Positions 24,741 to 34,583 of a stretch of DNA of 64,000 bases are shown piece by piece. A model generated the notes under the pieces. That model had not been told where the DNA came from. It ran no database searches and worked only from the letters and a program-made list of their open reading frames with translations. The position numbers and the translations under genes are program-made. Within the stretch, counting starts at the first letter, position 1, and every line of letters starts with the position of its first letter. The DNA is from an uncultured Candidatus Saccharibacteria bacterium (GTDB lineage: Bacteria > Patescibacteriota > Minisyncoccia > Phycocordibacterales > UBA2100): positions 32,357 through 96,356 of the forward strand of contig CAZWFX010000003.1 in assembly GCA_964633425.1 (NCBI GenBank), written 5' to 3'.

Positions 24741-24941
24741 ATATGTTTTCCTTATTGCTAAATTGAAGTATCTTTTTCGACCTGTCATGCATTGTTGAAT
24801 ATCGAAAGAGAAGGAGGCATGAAAGCTCCACAGTACGGAGTGCTTTTCTGCGGTGAAATAAGTCCCTGCTCGGTGGTGTACTACATGCGAGGAGAAGCAA
24901 TTCGCCTCACCATGGTTTTAGAAGTTCTAAGCATTACACGT

Positions 24942-25646
24942 ATGACAAAAACACAATCACTCATCGCTATTCCGGCCATTGCAGCAACATTGCTTGCGGG
25001 TGGCGCGCTCGCAGGCTATGCGACACTCGCTTCGGCAGAGGAATCATCCACCTCTATCGCCGGAGTCGGACAGACAATGATGCAGAGCATGGGTAAACGC
25101 GGACCGCACGTCCACGGCACGGTAACGGCGGTCAACGGCACAACCATCACCATCACAGATGAACGGCAAAACACGATCTACACGATCGATGCGAGCGGGG
25201 CAACGTTCAAGAAGGCGACTGCCGGTTCTGCACCGACAACTGTCACGATCTCCGAGATCGCCGTGGGCGACACGATCGGTGCACGAGGAACTGTTTCCGG
25301 CACCACAGTCACAGCGACGGAGGTGATGGAAGGAGCGATGGGTCGCGGCGGACCGGGCGGCATGGGCGGACACGGTCGCGGACAGGGCGTCATGGGCACG
25401 GTCACAGCGGTCAACGGCTCGACCATCACGGTCACCGATCAGCGCAGCGGAACGAGCTACACAGTGAACGCAGGCGCGGCAACTGTTCAGAAGATGACAG
25501 CCGGCGCGCTCAGCGACATCGTCGTGGGTGACACAATAGGTGTACAGGGCGACGTATCGGGCACAGCGGTAACGGCAAAGAACATCATGGATGATCTGCC
25601 TGTTCCTTCGAACGGACCGTCTGCCGCTTCGACGAAAACCCAGTAA
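24942..25646 (+). CDS. secreted protein with two DUF5666-like beta-rich repeats
   Basis: Signal peptide, then HGTVTAVNGTTITITDERQNTIYTIDASGATF..ISEIAVGDTIGARGTVSGTTVTATEV and a second near-copy. I chose the internal Met at 24942. Confidence 0.6.
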   Translation: MTKTQSLIAIPAIAATLLAGGALAGYATLASAEESSTSIAGVGQTMMQSMGKRGPHVHGTVTAVNGTTITITDERQNTIYTIDASGATFKKATAGSAPTTVTISEIAVGDTIGARGTVSGTTVTATEVMEGAMGRGGPGGMGGHGRGQGVMGTVTAVNGSTITVTDQRSGTSYTVNAGAATVQKMTAGALSDIVVGDTIGVQGDVSGTAVTAKNIMDDLPVPSNGPSAASTKTQ

Positions 25647-25750
25647 TCGATCAGAGACACGACACCACAAAGAGCGCATAGACCCCCGACGCACAGAGCA
25701 CAGGGGGTCTATGGCATAGGTGATGGAACATTTGAACATTCACACGTAGT

Positions 25751-26332
25751 ATGAGGGCGATGTTGGAAGCGCAAAAAACAGATGAAAACGACGAAACGAT
25801 TGCAAAACGTGTGCAGGCGGGAGAGACCGATGCATACGGCGAGCTGGTCGTCCGCTACGAAGCGAAGCTCCTGCGCTACGGCCGCAAATTTCTTGCACGC
25901 GACGAAGATCGACAGGACATCGTGCAGGATGTGTTCATTAGCGCGTATCAGAACATCCAGAGTTTCGACACCACGCAGCGGTTCTCGCCGTGGATCTACC
26001 GCATCGCGCACAACGCGTTCGTCAACGAAATTCGGAAGAACGAGCGCAGACCGATTCTGCCGTTTGATTTCGATACTGTGATTCCGCATGTTGCCTACGA
26101 AGATCCGGCCGAAAGCGAGCGCGAACAAAAAGACATGCGCACGTACCTCGAGCGGGGACTCGGCAACATTTCCAGCAAGTACCGCGAAGTGCTCGTGCTT
26201 CATTATTTCGAGGATATGGCCTATAAAGACATCGCCGATATTTTGCAGGTGCCACAAGGCACCGTCGGTATCCGACTGAAACGTGCAAAAGAAGCGCTCC
26301 GTGCACAATACAAAGAATCAGCATATGAATAA
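25751..26332 (+). CDS. ECF-type RNA polymerase sigma factor (sigma-70 family, regions 2 and 4)
   Basis: DIVQDVFISAYQNIQSF.....FSPWIYRIAHNAFVNEIRK (region 2) and YREVLVLHYFEDMAYKDIADILQVPQGTVGIRLKRAKEAL (region 4). Confidence 0.9.
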   Translation: MRAMLEAQKTDENDETIAKRVQAGETDAYGELVVRYEAKLLRYGRKFLARDEDRQDIVQDVFISAYQNIQSFDTTQRFSPWIYRIAHNAFVNEIRKNERRPILPFDFDTVIPHVAYEDPAESEREQKDMRTYLERGLGNISSKYREVLVLHYFEDMAYKDIADILQVPQGTVGIRLKRAKEALRAQYKESAYE

Positions 26333-27113
26333 CACTCATCACCACAACGAAAAGGACTCGCTGAAAGATTCGATCCTCTCCAAAATAAAAACAGAGCAGA
26401 TCAGCATGCGCCCGCGGCTGTATTTCACATTGCAGGTGGCCGCGGTTGCGGTCGTGGCTGTGATCGTACTCTTGCTTTCCATTTTTATCTTTAATTTCAT
26501 TCTGTTTTCCATACGCATTAACAGTCACGAGGCATTCCTTTCATTCGGTCCGCGCGGCATCCAGGGATTTCTGATCTTTTTCCCGTGGGTAGCGCTCATG
26601 CTTGATGTGGCAATGATCGTCATGCTGGAATGGCTCATCAGAAAATTCCGATTCGGCTACCGCGTCCCGATGCTGTATCTCGTTGGTATCATCGTAGTGC
26701 TCACAATAGCCGCCGGTTTCGGACTGGACCGCGGAACGTATCTCAATGACCGCCTCCTGGATCGCGCGGAACACGAAGGCTTGCCGCCGCCGCTTGCGGG
26801 CCTGTATCACGGCGCGAGACGTGCTCCTCACGACGGCATCTGTCGCTGCACGGTAACCGCCATCAACGGATCAGTGCTCACGGTCGCCGATTTCCGCGGC
26901 GGTGCGACAAGCACGTATACAGTGATGCTTCCCGATGATGATCTGCGAGCGACCTCGTCAGGACTCAAGATCGGAGACGTCGTATTCGTCGCAGGGGATA
27001 AAGACGATGCCGACGTCATCCGCGCATTCGGAGTTCGCAAGGAATCCGAGCGGGGCTTCCGAGGCCGTCCGCCTCAACCGGTGCCGGGTGCGAATCCGGA
27101 TGAAATGAAATAA
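26325..27113 (+). CDS. multi-TM protein, putative anti-sigma factor, with C-terminal DUF5666-like domain
   Basis: It overlaps the sigma gene by 8 nt. It has 3-4 TM segments, and its C-terminus is CRCTVTAINGSVLTVADFRGGATSTYTVMLPDD...LKIGDVVFVAGDKDD. The anti-sigma role is inferred from position only. Confidence 0.55.
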   Translation: MNNTHHHNEKDSLKDSILSKIKTEQISMRPRLYFTLQVAAVAVVAVIVLLLSIFIFNFILFSIRINSHEAFLSFGPRGIQGFLIFFPWVALMLDVAMIVMLEWLIRKFRFGYRVPMLYLVGIIVVLTIAAGFGLDRGTYLNDRLLDRAEHEGLPPPLAGLYHGARRAPHDGICRCTVTAINGSVLTVADFRGGATSTYTVMLPDDDLRATSSGLKIGDVVFVAGDKDDADVIRAFGVRKESERGFRGRPPQPVPGANPDEMK

Positions 27114-27191
27114 ATTCTTCATGTACGGTGTATTAGGGTTGTTCGGGAGAGTTTATTCCCATAGAGGACCCACTTTGCGATACTTTTCAAT

Positions 27192-28991
27192 ATGATCCGC
27201 TCTACAGTTTCCACCTTTAACGCCGCCGTGGCGTGGGCAAAGGCGCATATCTATATATCAGCCCTCATTGCAGCTGTTGTACTCGGTGGCGGGTACTACA
27301 TGTACTCCAAGGCGACATCGACGGCCGGTGAGACGCAGTACACGCTCGGTACCGTAACAAAAAAGACCATCGTTGAATCTATTTCGGCATCGGGGCAAGT
27401 ATCCGCATCCAATGAACTTTCTGTAACTGCGGATGTCTCGGGCGATCTTACGTCGGTGAATGTAAAGGCGGGACAGAAGGTGGGAGCGGGCGCGGTACTC
27501 GCGCGAGTGGATTCGTCGGATGCATATCGCACACTTCGCGATGCGCAGGCGAATCTCGAGAGTGCCAAGCTTTCATTACAGAAGATCAGCGCGCCCGCAT
27601 CAGGGCTTACACTCACGCAGGCACAAAATGCGCTTGCCTCCGCTGAAGACACAAAAAAGAAGGCGGACGAAGACCTCGCAAAAGCGTATCTGAACGCAAA
27701 CGCCGACATCGTCGGTGTGTACCTGGAAGTGCCCGATATGGTTACATCGCTCGAGAACATTCTCACCGGTACCGATGCAAATCGTTCGCAGTGGAACATG
27801 GACTACTATGCCAACGCGATGCAGCAGTTCGCACCAAACGCAGGGTCGTACCGCAATGACGCCTATGAAAAATTCACCAAAGCAAAGGCCGAATACACCA
27901 GCTCGTACGCGCAATATCAGCTGCTGAATACCGACGCGACTCCTGCACAAACCGAAGCGATGCTCGAAAGTACCACGACCATGCTCGATAATCTTGCGGC
28001 AGCGATCAAAAGCGCCGACGCATTCATTCGGTTATATAAAACAACAATGGAAGGACAGCAACGTCCGGTCGGAAGCTCTGCGTCCAGCGCTATCAACACG
28101 CTCGCGGATCTCAATACCAAAGCAGCCACGCATGGTACGAGCATATCGGGCGATTCTTCTGCGGTCACTTCGGGTAAGCAAAGCGTCGTAAGTTCAGCTC
28201 GTGCAATAACAGAAAAGCAGCAGTCGCTTGCCGATGTGCAGGATGGCGCAGATACGCTCGACATCAGAAGTGCGGAGCTAACCGTCCAGCAGCGTGAAAA
28301 CGCGGTTGCCGACGCGCAAGCGAGTCTTGCCGACTACACCATTCGAGCGCCTTTTGCCGGAACGGTCGCAAGTGTTGCGGCCAAGCGCGGGCAGAAAATC
28401 GGAAACGGCGGCGCTGTCGCTACGATAGTTACCGAGCGAAAAATAGCGACGCTGAGCTTGAACGAAGTCGATGCTACCAAAGTACAGCTCGGCGATAAGG
28501 CTACGCTTTCGTTTGATGCGGTTGAAGACCTGTCGCTGACGGGCAGTGTCGATGAAATCGATACCGTCGGCACCGTCACGCAGGGGGTTGTGAGCTACTC
28601 GGTCAAAATCTCGTTCGATTCTCAGGATGAGCGAATAAAGCCGGGTATGACGGTGAACGCGGCCATCATCACTGATTCAAAGACCGACGTTCTTTCTGTG
28701 CCGTCGTCGGCCGTCAAAACCCAGAACGGCGAGTCGTACGTGCTCGTATTCAATCCCGAAATTCAAAACGCCGGGACTGCGCCGGTCACGTCGAAAACAG
28801 AACCCGCTCGCATACGCGTGACAACCGGTATTTCCGACGAGTCGAACGTGGAGATTTTGACGGGCCTTTCGGAAGGTCAACAGATCGTAACGCGCACGAC
28901 GAGTGCTGCGGCTGCCGCAAGCGCGGCGTCGCGCGGTGGAGCCGGTGCGGCGGGTGCGGGCGGCCCGCCGAGCGGCGGAATGCGCTTCTAG
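27192..28991 (+). CDS. HlyD/MacA-type periplasmic adaptor with very long coiled coil
   Basis: N-terminal TM segment, lipoyl-like half-motifs (VSGDLTSVNVKAGQKVGAGAVLARVD ... IRAPFAGTVASV), a long Ala/Gln-rich helical hairpin and C-terminal beta-barrel domains. Confidence 0.8.
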   Translation: MIRSTVSTFNAAVAWAKAHIYISALIAAVVLGGGYYMYSKATSTAGETQYTLGTVTKKTIVESISASGQVSASNELSVTADVSGDLTSVNVKAGQKVGAGAVLARVDSSDAYRTLRDAQANLESAKLSLQKISAPASGLTLTQAQNALASAEDTKKKADEDLAKAYLNANADIVGVYLEVPDMVTSLENILTGTDANRSQWNMDYYANAMQQFAPNAGSYRNDAYEKFTKAKAEYTSSYAQYQLLNTDATPAQTEAMLESTTTMLDNLAAAIKSADAFIRLYKTTMEGQQRPVGSSASSAINTLADLNTKAATHGTSISGDSSAVTSGKQSVVSSARAITEKQQSLADVQDGADTLDIRSAELTVQQRENAVADAQASLADYTIRAPFAGTVASVAAKRGQKIGNGGAVATIVTERKIATLSLNEVDATKVQLGDKATLSFDAVEDLSLTGSVDEIDTVGTVTQGVVSYSVKISFDSQDERIKPGMTVNAAIITDSKTDVLSVPSSAVKTQNGESYVLVFNPEIQNAGTAPVTSKTEPARIRVTTGISDESNVEILTGLSEGQQIVTRTTSAAAAASAASRGGAGAAGAGGPPSGGMRF

Positions 28992-29002
28992 CCAATTCGG
29001 AT

Positions 29003-29710
29003 ATGCTCGAAGCACGGGATATAAGAAAAACGTACGGCTCGGACGATACTGCGTTCGAAGCACTCAAGGGCGTGAGCTTTACGATTAACGACGGGGAATT
29101 TGTCGCAATCATGGGCCCTTCCGGCTCGGGCAAGTCAACGCTCATGCATATTTTGGGTTGTCTTGATACGCCGTCGTCAGGAACGTATCTGCTCGACGGG
29201 AAAGATGTCTCAAAACTCGAAGACGACGAACTCGCCGATATACGCAAAGACAATATCGGATTCGTCTTTCAGTCATTCAACCTGCTGCCACGCACAACGG
29301 TGCTGCGTAACGTTATGCTGCCGCTCGTATATGCCGGCATGGATGAAGCCGAGCGCACGAAGCGCGCGTCTGAGGCGCTCTATGCCGCGGGACTGACCGA
29401 CACACATTTCAATCATAAAAGTAACCAGATTTCCGGCGGCCAGATTCAGCGCGTGGCGATTGCGCGCGCCCTGGTAAATAATCCGACGCTCATTCTCGCC
29501 GACGAACCGACGGGCAACCTTGATACAAAAACGGGCAACATAGTACTCGGCACATTCCAGCACCTGAACAAGGAGTTCGGGCGTACCATTGTGCTTATTA
29601 CGCACGAGCCCGACGTGGCAGAGCATGCGGACCGCATTATTATGATCCGCGACGGCGTGATCGTGTCCGACAAGAAAACCCACCCGCGCCGACACGCGCA
29701 CCGGGAATAG
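29003..29710 (+). CDS. ABC transporter ATP-binding protein, MacB/LolD type
   Basis: GPSGSGKSTLMHILGCLD, LSGGQIQRVAIARAL and ILADEPTGNLD motifs. Confidence 0.9.
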   Translation: MLEARDIRKTYGSDDTAFEALKGVSFTINDGEFVAIMGPSGSGKSTLMHILGCLDTPSSGTYLLDGKDVSKLEDDELADIRKDNIGFVFQSFNLLPRTTVLRNVMLPLVYAGMDEAERTKRASEALYAAGLTDTHFNHKSNQISGGQIQRVAIARALVNNPTLILADEPTGNLDTKTGNIVLGTFQHLNKEFGRTIVLITHEPDVAEHADRIIMIRDGVIVSDKKTHPRRHAHRE

Positions 29711-29711
29711 T

Positions 29712-30935
29712 ATGAAAGCGAACGATCTTGTACACGAAACATACAGTGCGCTTTCCGCGAACAAAGTACGCTCCGGCCTTACGATTCTCGGGATCGTAAT
29801 CGGCATTTCATCTGTTATCGCCATGGTGTCAATCGGCACAGGTGCATCGAAGAGTATTTCGTCGAGTATCGAATCGCTCGGTTCAAACCTGATTCAAGTC
29901 ACACCGGGAGCATCGCGAGGAGGACAGGGCTTCGGTGCCTCAGGCGGACGAGGTAACGCGAAGACGCTTACCGTGGAAGATGCCCGGGCACTACAGGGTA
30001 TACACGATGTGGTGGCCGTTGACCCGGAGGTTTCGGGACGCTATCAGATAACCGCAAAGGGAACCAACACCAATACGACCGTCAACGGCGTATCAAGTGC
30101 GTATCCCGATATCCGTAATCTCGAGCTCGCAGAAGGTACGTTTATATCGGATTCACAAAACCTTTCAGCGGCAAAAGTCGCTGTGCTCGGTCCCACAACG
30201 CGTGATGACCTGTTTGGTGAAGGATCTGACGCCGTCGGTCAATCGGTGCGTATCAAAGGTATCGAGTTCAAAGTGATCGGTGTTACGGTGAGCAAAGGCG
30301 GGAGCGGATTCACGAATCAGGACGACGTCGTTTTTATACCGGTGGCCAGCGCGCAGCGCTACTTTTCGGGTGACAAATATCTCACAACAATCGCCGTGCA
30401 GGCACGGACGTCTGAGAGTATGACGCAGGTGCAGGCCGACATCACAGCGCTCCTGTTGGATCGTCACAAAATCACCGATGCCGCGAGCGCGGATTTCAGT
30501 ATTTTCAATCAAAATGACATTCTTTCATCCGCATCGTCAATAACTGCAACGCTCACGTATTTGCTTGCAGCAATCGGCGGCATTTCACTGCTTGTCGGAG
30601 GTATCGGCATCATGAACATGATGCTCACTACGGTTACCGAGCGGACCCGCGAGATCGGGTTGCGCAAGGCCATCGGCGCGCGTAAGGCGGATATCAGTGC
30701 GCAGTTTCTGGCGGAAGCAGTGGCACTCACGGTTGTCGGCGGAGTCATCGGAATCGCGCTCGGATGGGGGATTTCATTTCTCGTGAATCTCACAGGTCTC
30801 GTATCGACGAGCGTATCCTTCTCTTCGATTGCACTCGCATTCGGTGTGTCTGCCGTGATCGGGATTGTTTTTGGCTACTACCCTGCACGCCGCGCGGCGG
30901 GGCTCAACCCGATCGAAGCGTTGCGGTATGAGTAA
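29712..30935 (+). CDS. ABC transporter permease, MacB-like (MacB_PCD + FtsX domain)
   Basis: N-terminal TM segment, a large extracytoplasmic domain, and a C-terminal FtsX-type 3-TM bundle (GGIGIMNMMLTTVTERTREIGLRKAIGA). Confidence 0.85.
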   Translation: MKANDLVHETYSALSANKVRSGLTILGIVIGISSVIAMVSIGTGASKSISSSIESLGSNLIQVTPGASRGGQGFGASGGRGNAKTLTVEDARALQGIHDVVAVDPEVSGRYQITAKGTNTNTTVNGVSSAYPDIRNLELAEGTFISDSQNLSAAKVAVLGPTTRDDLFGEGSDAVGQSVRIKGIEFKVIGVTVSKGGSGFTNQDDVVFIPVASAQRYFSGDKYLTTIAVQARTSESMTQVQADITALLLDRHKITDAASADFSIFNQNDILSSASSITATLTYLLAAIGGISLLVGGIGIMNMMLTTVTERTREIGLRKAIGARKADISAQFLAEAVALTVVGGVIGIALGWGISFLVNLTGLVSTSVSFSSIALAFGVSAVIGIVFGYYPARRAAGLNPIEALRYE

Positions 30936-31173
30936 TGAGGAGTTCACCGCTATTCGTGTGGATCTTAAAAGTCTGGCTACCGGAGCTGTTCGCGAAGTTT
31001 CGCTCTCGGTGTAGTCCGTACTGATTCGCTGGTCCGGACGGGCGAGTTTTTCTCCCCGTCCGACACAATAGATCCGATCGGCGGTCAAGTTTTCCACGGT
31101 AATTGATGTGCTTCAGGTTCGTCTCATGAGGGTACGGCAGCGATGCTGTGCGCTTACAAGATAGAACTCAAAC

Positions 31174-31917
31174 ATGAATACAATTACCTCTAAGATCGTT
31201 GCCTCCGGCGTCATAGCTGCAACGCTGCTTACGGCAGCACCGGCGTTCGCGGATTCCGGCAACGGCAACAATGGCCTTCATCTCGGCGTGTTCGCGAAGA
31301 TCCTCAAGGAAGACCGACAGGATCGGCGCGAAGACCGGCGTGAAGACCGAAAGGATGATCGGCACGAAAAGAAGCATGCCAGTTCGACTTCAGCAACGAC
31401 CACAAAGTCATTCGTCGTCGAAGGTACGCTTACTGCCATCAACGGCACGACGCTTACTGTCCAGGGCCCGCGCGGTGCCGTCTATACAGTGAACGGATCG
31501 GGCGCAGCGTTCGTCGGTCACGAGAACGTAGCGATCGGATTGAATGCCTTCAAGGTGAACGACAAGGTCGCCGTGACCGGCACCCTGTCGGGTTCGACCA
31601 TCATCGCAACCAAAGTGAAAGATAAGTCCGACACGACAGGCAAGGTGTCCCAAGCCTTCAAGGCAGGTATCGTGACCGGCATCAGTGGTAACACCGTTAC
31701 GATCGGTAACTTCGGCTCAACCGGAACCACGACCTTCGTCACAAACTCGTCGACGAAGTACAAGGTGAACGGTACCGCCGCAAGCTCAAGCGCACTTTCG
31801 CTCGGATCGCATGTGCTCGTTCTTGGGACCACGAGCGCAGGCTCGGCTTCGGTCAACGCATCAGTCATTGTGATCCTCACGGAAGGACTCAACTGGGTAC
31901 GCCACTTCTGGCGATAA
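31174..31917 (+). CDS. secreted DUF5666-like repeat protein with charged EDR-repeat linker
   Basis: Signal peptide, EDRQDRREDRREDRKDDRHEKK, then VVEGTLTAINGTTLTVQGPRGAVYTVNGSG...VNDKVAVTGTLSGSTIIATKV and a second repeat. Confidence 0.6.
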   Translation: MNTITSKIVASGVIAATLLTAAPAFADSGNGNNGLHLGVFAKILKEDRQDRREDRREDRKDDRHEKKHASSTSATTTKSFVVEGTLTAINGTTLTVQGPRGAVYTVNGSGAAFVGHENVAIGLNAFKVNDKVAVTGTLSGSTIIATKVKDKSDTTGKVSQAFKAGIVTGISGNTVTIGNFGSTGTTTFVTNSSTKYKVNGTAASSSALSLGSHVLVLGTTSAGSASVNASVIVILTEGLNWVRHFWR

Positions 31918-31935
31918 TCGTCGCCACTATCTGAT

Positions 31936-31968
31936 ACAAAGCGACCCCGCTCGGGGTCGCTTTGTATT
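31936..31968 (+). terminator. rho-independent terminator
   Basis: ACAAAGCGACCCC-GCTC-GGGGTCGCTTTGT is a perfect 13-bp stem followed by ATT. Confidence 0.75.
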
Positions 31969-31986
31969 GGTATACTTGCTGCACGT

Positions 31987-32688
31987 ATGAAATGGCTGAT
32001 CGCGATCGTTGTTGTCGTTCTTGTTGTGGTCGGCTACTCGGTATTTTCGTTTACACGTAAGGTTGGTGTTTCGACCGAGCTTATCCGAAACACGATCCCG
32101 TACACACTCAAAGGCTCCGGAGCTGTATCAGTACTCGTTCTTGGAGACAGCACGGCGGTCGGAGTCGGTGCGCGTGTCAAAGAGGAGTCGCTCGCGGCGC
32201 TTTTCGCGGATGCCGTTCATGCGACGAATGTGGAGAACCGCGCTATTTCAGGTGCTCGTATCGCGGACATACCCTCGGAAATCGAGACGGCGACCGGACG
32301 CGCGTACACATATATTCTGCTTGGTGTCGGTGCAAACGATATTGTTCGTTTCAAAAATGCGGACACGGCGGGCGAGGAGCTCGCACAAGCACTCCAGAAG
32401 CTTCCGGATCATCAACATCTTATTGTTTATATGGCAGGCAATGTCGGCGGCACCGAATTGTTTCCGTTCATACTCAATGGTGCGTATTTGAATCTGACGG
32501 TGAAGTACCACGGTATCTTTAAGGCAAAGGTTGAGGAGGCGGGCGGGACCTACGTGGACCTGTACGAAGACCCGGATACGGATCCGTTTATTCGGGATCC
32601 CGAGCGCTACTTTGCTGCCGACGGATTTCATCCGTCATCGGCCGGGTATCGATTATGGTTCGAAAAGATCGTCCCTGTGCTAGAGTGA
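31987..32688 (+). CDS. SGNH/GDSL hydrolase family protein, membrane-anchored
   Basis: VLVLGDSTAVGVGA (block I), GVGANDIV (block III) and DGFHPS (block V). Confidence 0.8.
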   Translation: MKWLIAIVVVVLVVVGYSVFSFTRKVGVSTELIRNTIPYTLKGSGAVSVLVLGDSTAVGVGARVKEESLAALFADAVHATNVENRAISGARIADIPSEIETATGRAYTYILLGVGANDIVRFKNADTAGEELAQALQKLPDHQHLIVYMAGNVGGTELFPFILNGAYLNLTVKYHGIFKAKVEEAGGTYVDLYEDPDTDPFIRDPERYFAADGFHPSSAGYRLWFEKIVPVLE

Positions 32689-32695
32689 CCCCCTT

Positions 32696-33751
32696 ATGCT
32701 TATAGATGATGTAACAATCCGACTCATAGCGGGCAGCGGGGGTAACGGCGCTGTCGCGTTCAATAAGACCCGATTGAACCTCGGCCCGGTGGGTGGAGAC
32801 GGTGGTCGGGGCGGCAACATCTATTTGGAGGGTGTTTCCAATATCGACGCACTGCAATTCTTCGCGGCAAAAAAGGAGATCAAGGCGAAATCAGGGGAGA
32901 ACGGTCGCGGTCAGTTCGTAGACGGCACTGCCGGTTCTGATCTCGTTCTGTATGTTCCTGCCGGCACCATCGTACGTAATGTTGATTCGGGATTTGAAAA
33001 GCACATAACAAAAGTAGGCGAACGGATACTGGCGGCGGGCGGCGGCCGAGGCGGCCGCGGTAACTATAAGTTTCGTTCATCAACCAACACGACTCCTAAG
33101 GAGGCGGAAGAAGGAACACCCGGCGATATTGTCGACTACCAACTGGAACTCCGGCTCATTGCCGACGTCGGGTTTGTCGGACTCCCGAATGTCGGTAAAT
33201 CGTCGCTACTCAATGAGCTGACGAACGCAAAGAGTAAAGTCGCGAACTACCAGTTCACGACCTTGGAGCCGCATCTCGGAGCCTACTACGGCCTGGTGCT
33301 CGCGGATATTCCGGGATTGATCGAGGGCGCGAGCGACGGCAAGGGTCTCGGAATGAAATTTTTGCGTCACATAGCGCGTACGAAGACACTGTTTCATTTT
33401 CTTGCAGCCGACAGCGAAGATGTGTTCGCGGACTATACGACGGTTCGCGCGGAACTTGCCGCCTACAGCGAGGAGCTCGCAGAAAAACCCGAGCACGTGT
33501 TTCTCTCGAAGTCCGACGCAGTCTCCGAAGAAGATCTCAAGAAGAAACTCGCAGCCCTTAAAAAGAAAAAGATCATTGCAACTCCGTTATCATTGCTTGA
33601 TCCGGAGTCGATCGATCATGTGAAAAAGGTTCTCAATGCCATCCAGGCGGAAAAAACTCATGACGAGGAGGCTGAGGCCGCTAAGCTGGCTGCCGAAGAG
33701 GCCGCACGGCGTGCCGCTGAAGAAGAGGAGGAATCAAAGCGCGACTGGTAG
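32696..33751 (+). CDS. obg: GTPase Obg/CgtA
   Basis: Gly-rich Obg fold (GSGGNGAVAF...GGDGGRGGNIYLE, GGGRGGRGN), G domain (GLPNVGKSSLLN, DIPGLIEGA) and an acidic C-terminal tail. Confidence 0.9.
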   Translation: MLIDDVTIRLIAGSGGNGAVAFNKTRLNLGPVGGDGGRGGNIYLEGVSNIDALQFFAAKKEIKAKSGENGRGQFVDGTAGSDLVLYVPAGTIVRNVDSGFEKHITKVGERILAAGGGRGGRGNYKFRSSTNTTPKEAEEGTPGDIVDYQLELRLIADVGFVGLPNVGKSSLLNELTNAKSKVANYQFTTLEPHLGAYYGLVLADIPGLIEGASDGKGLGMKFLRHIARTKTLFHFLAADSEDVFADYTTVRAELAAYSEELAEKPEHVFLSKSDAVSEEDLKKKLAALKKKKIIATPLSLLDPESIDHVKKVLNAIQAEKTHDEEAEAAKLAAEEAARRAAEEEEESKRDW

Positions 33752-33769
33752 CGTTTGTTTGCAGGCGGC

Positions 33770-34549
33770 TTACGCAACACGGGTTGTGTACACGACCAGT
33801 CGATGCGTGTAGGTGCTTCCGTCTGAGGTCGGCTCACCGGCGCACGTGATGAGATTGAGTCGACGGCTGTCTTTTTTGCCGAATAGCATTCCGGGTGTCA
33901 GTTCTCCGAGTTGATATACGCGGCTGTCGTTCACAACGAACGTAAGTCGCTCTCCTGCGGAATTTTCTACATAGACCTCGCTGCCAACTTTGAGGTACCG
34001 CAGCTTTTCGAATGCCGCAAAGACGTGCGCATCAATCACTGCGCTTCCGACATTACCGGGGATTGTGCCGCCCTTGTACCACCCGACATCTGCGGAGTTA
34101 CCATCGGGAACATCCATCTCGCCCTTATCGTTCAAACCGACCGCATTGATCGGCGCGTTCAGTCCGATCGAAGGAATGATGAGTCTCACCGGGTGAGCTG
34201 CGACTTTACCAAGTGATCGTTGTGCCGTGATTTTGGCAGGGGTGGCCTTGCGAGCCGTTTCTTCCGCTTCGATCACCGGAGAGGACGACGTGCTCGATGT
34301 TGCAAACGCACGGTCATTCGGTACCTCGATCAAAGTGATGATACTGATGTTCGTGAAAGGAATACCGGGCGGTGATTGCGCTTCGCTGTTTGGGATTGTA
34401 TCAGCGGCTGCTTTGACCGTTTGCACGCGGATTGTAAACGGAGACGACAGGTAGGCGGCAACAGAAAAAGCGAAAACGAACGAGAGCGCAAGTGAAATAA
34501 GAAATGATCTTTCTGATTTCTGCATGAATCCGATCGTAAGCGACTTCAT
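33770..34549 (-). CDS. sortase family transpeptidase (membrane-anchored)
   Basis: LIIPSIGLNAPI..VG........VP.....VGWY..G..PG..GSAVIDAHV and LNLITCAG (catalytic Cys). Confidence 0.8.
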   Translation of the reverse strand: MKSLTIGFMQKSERSFLISLALSFVFAFSVAAYLSSPFTIRVQTVKAAADTIPNSEAQSPPGIPFTNISIITLIEVPNDRAFATSSTSSSPVIEAEETARKATPAKITAQRSLGKVAAHPVRLIIPSIGLNAPINAVGLNDKGEMDVPDGNSADVGWYKGGTIPGNVGSAVIDAHVFAAFEKLRYLKVGSEVYVENSAGERLTFVVNDSRVYQLGELTPGMLFGKKDSRRLNLITCAGEPTSDGSTYTHRLVVYTTRVA

Positions 34550-34583
34550 CTGCTTCGCCTAATGTTCATGAATTGTGCATAAC

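Noticed and set aside
25679-25709. Hairpin AGACCCCC-N15-GGGGGTCT after the first DUF5666-like gene as a terminator.
   Set aside because: The loop is large (15 nt) and no U-tract follows, so I did not list it as a terminator. It may still affect mRNA stability.
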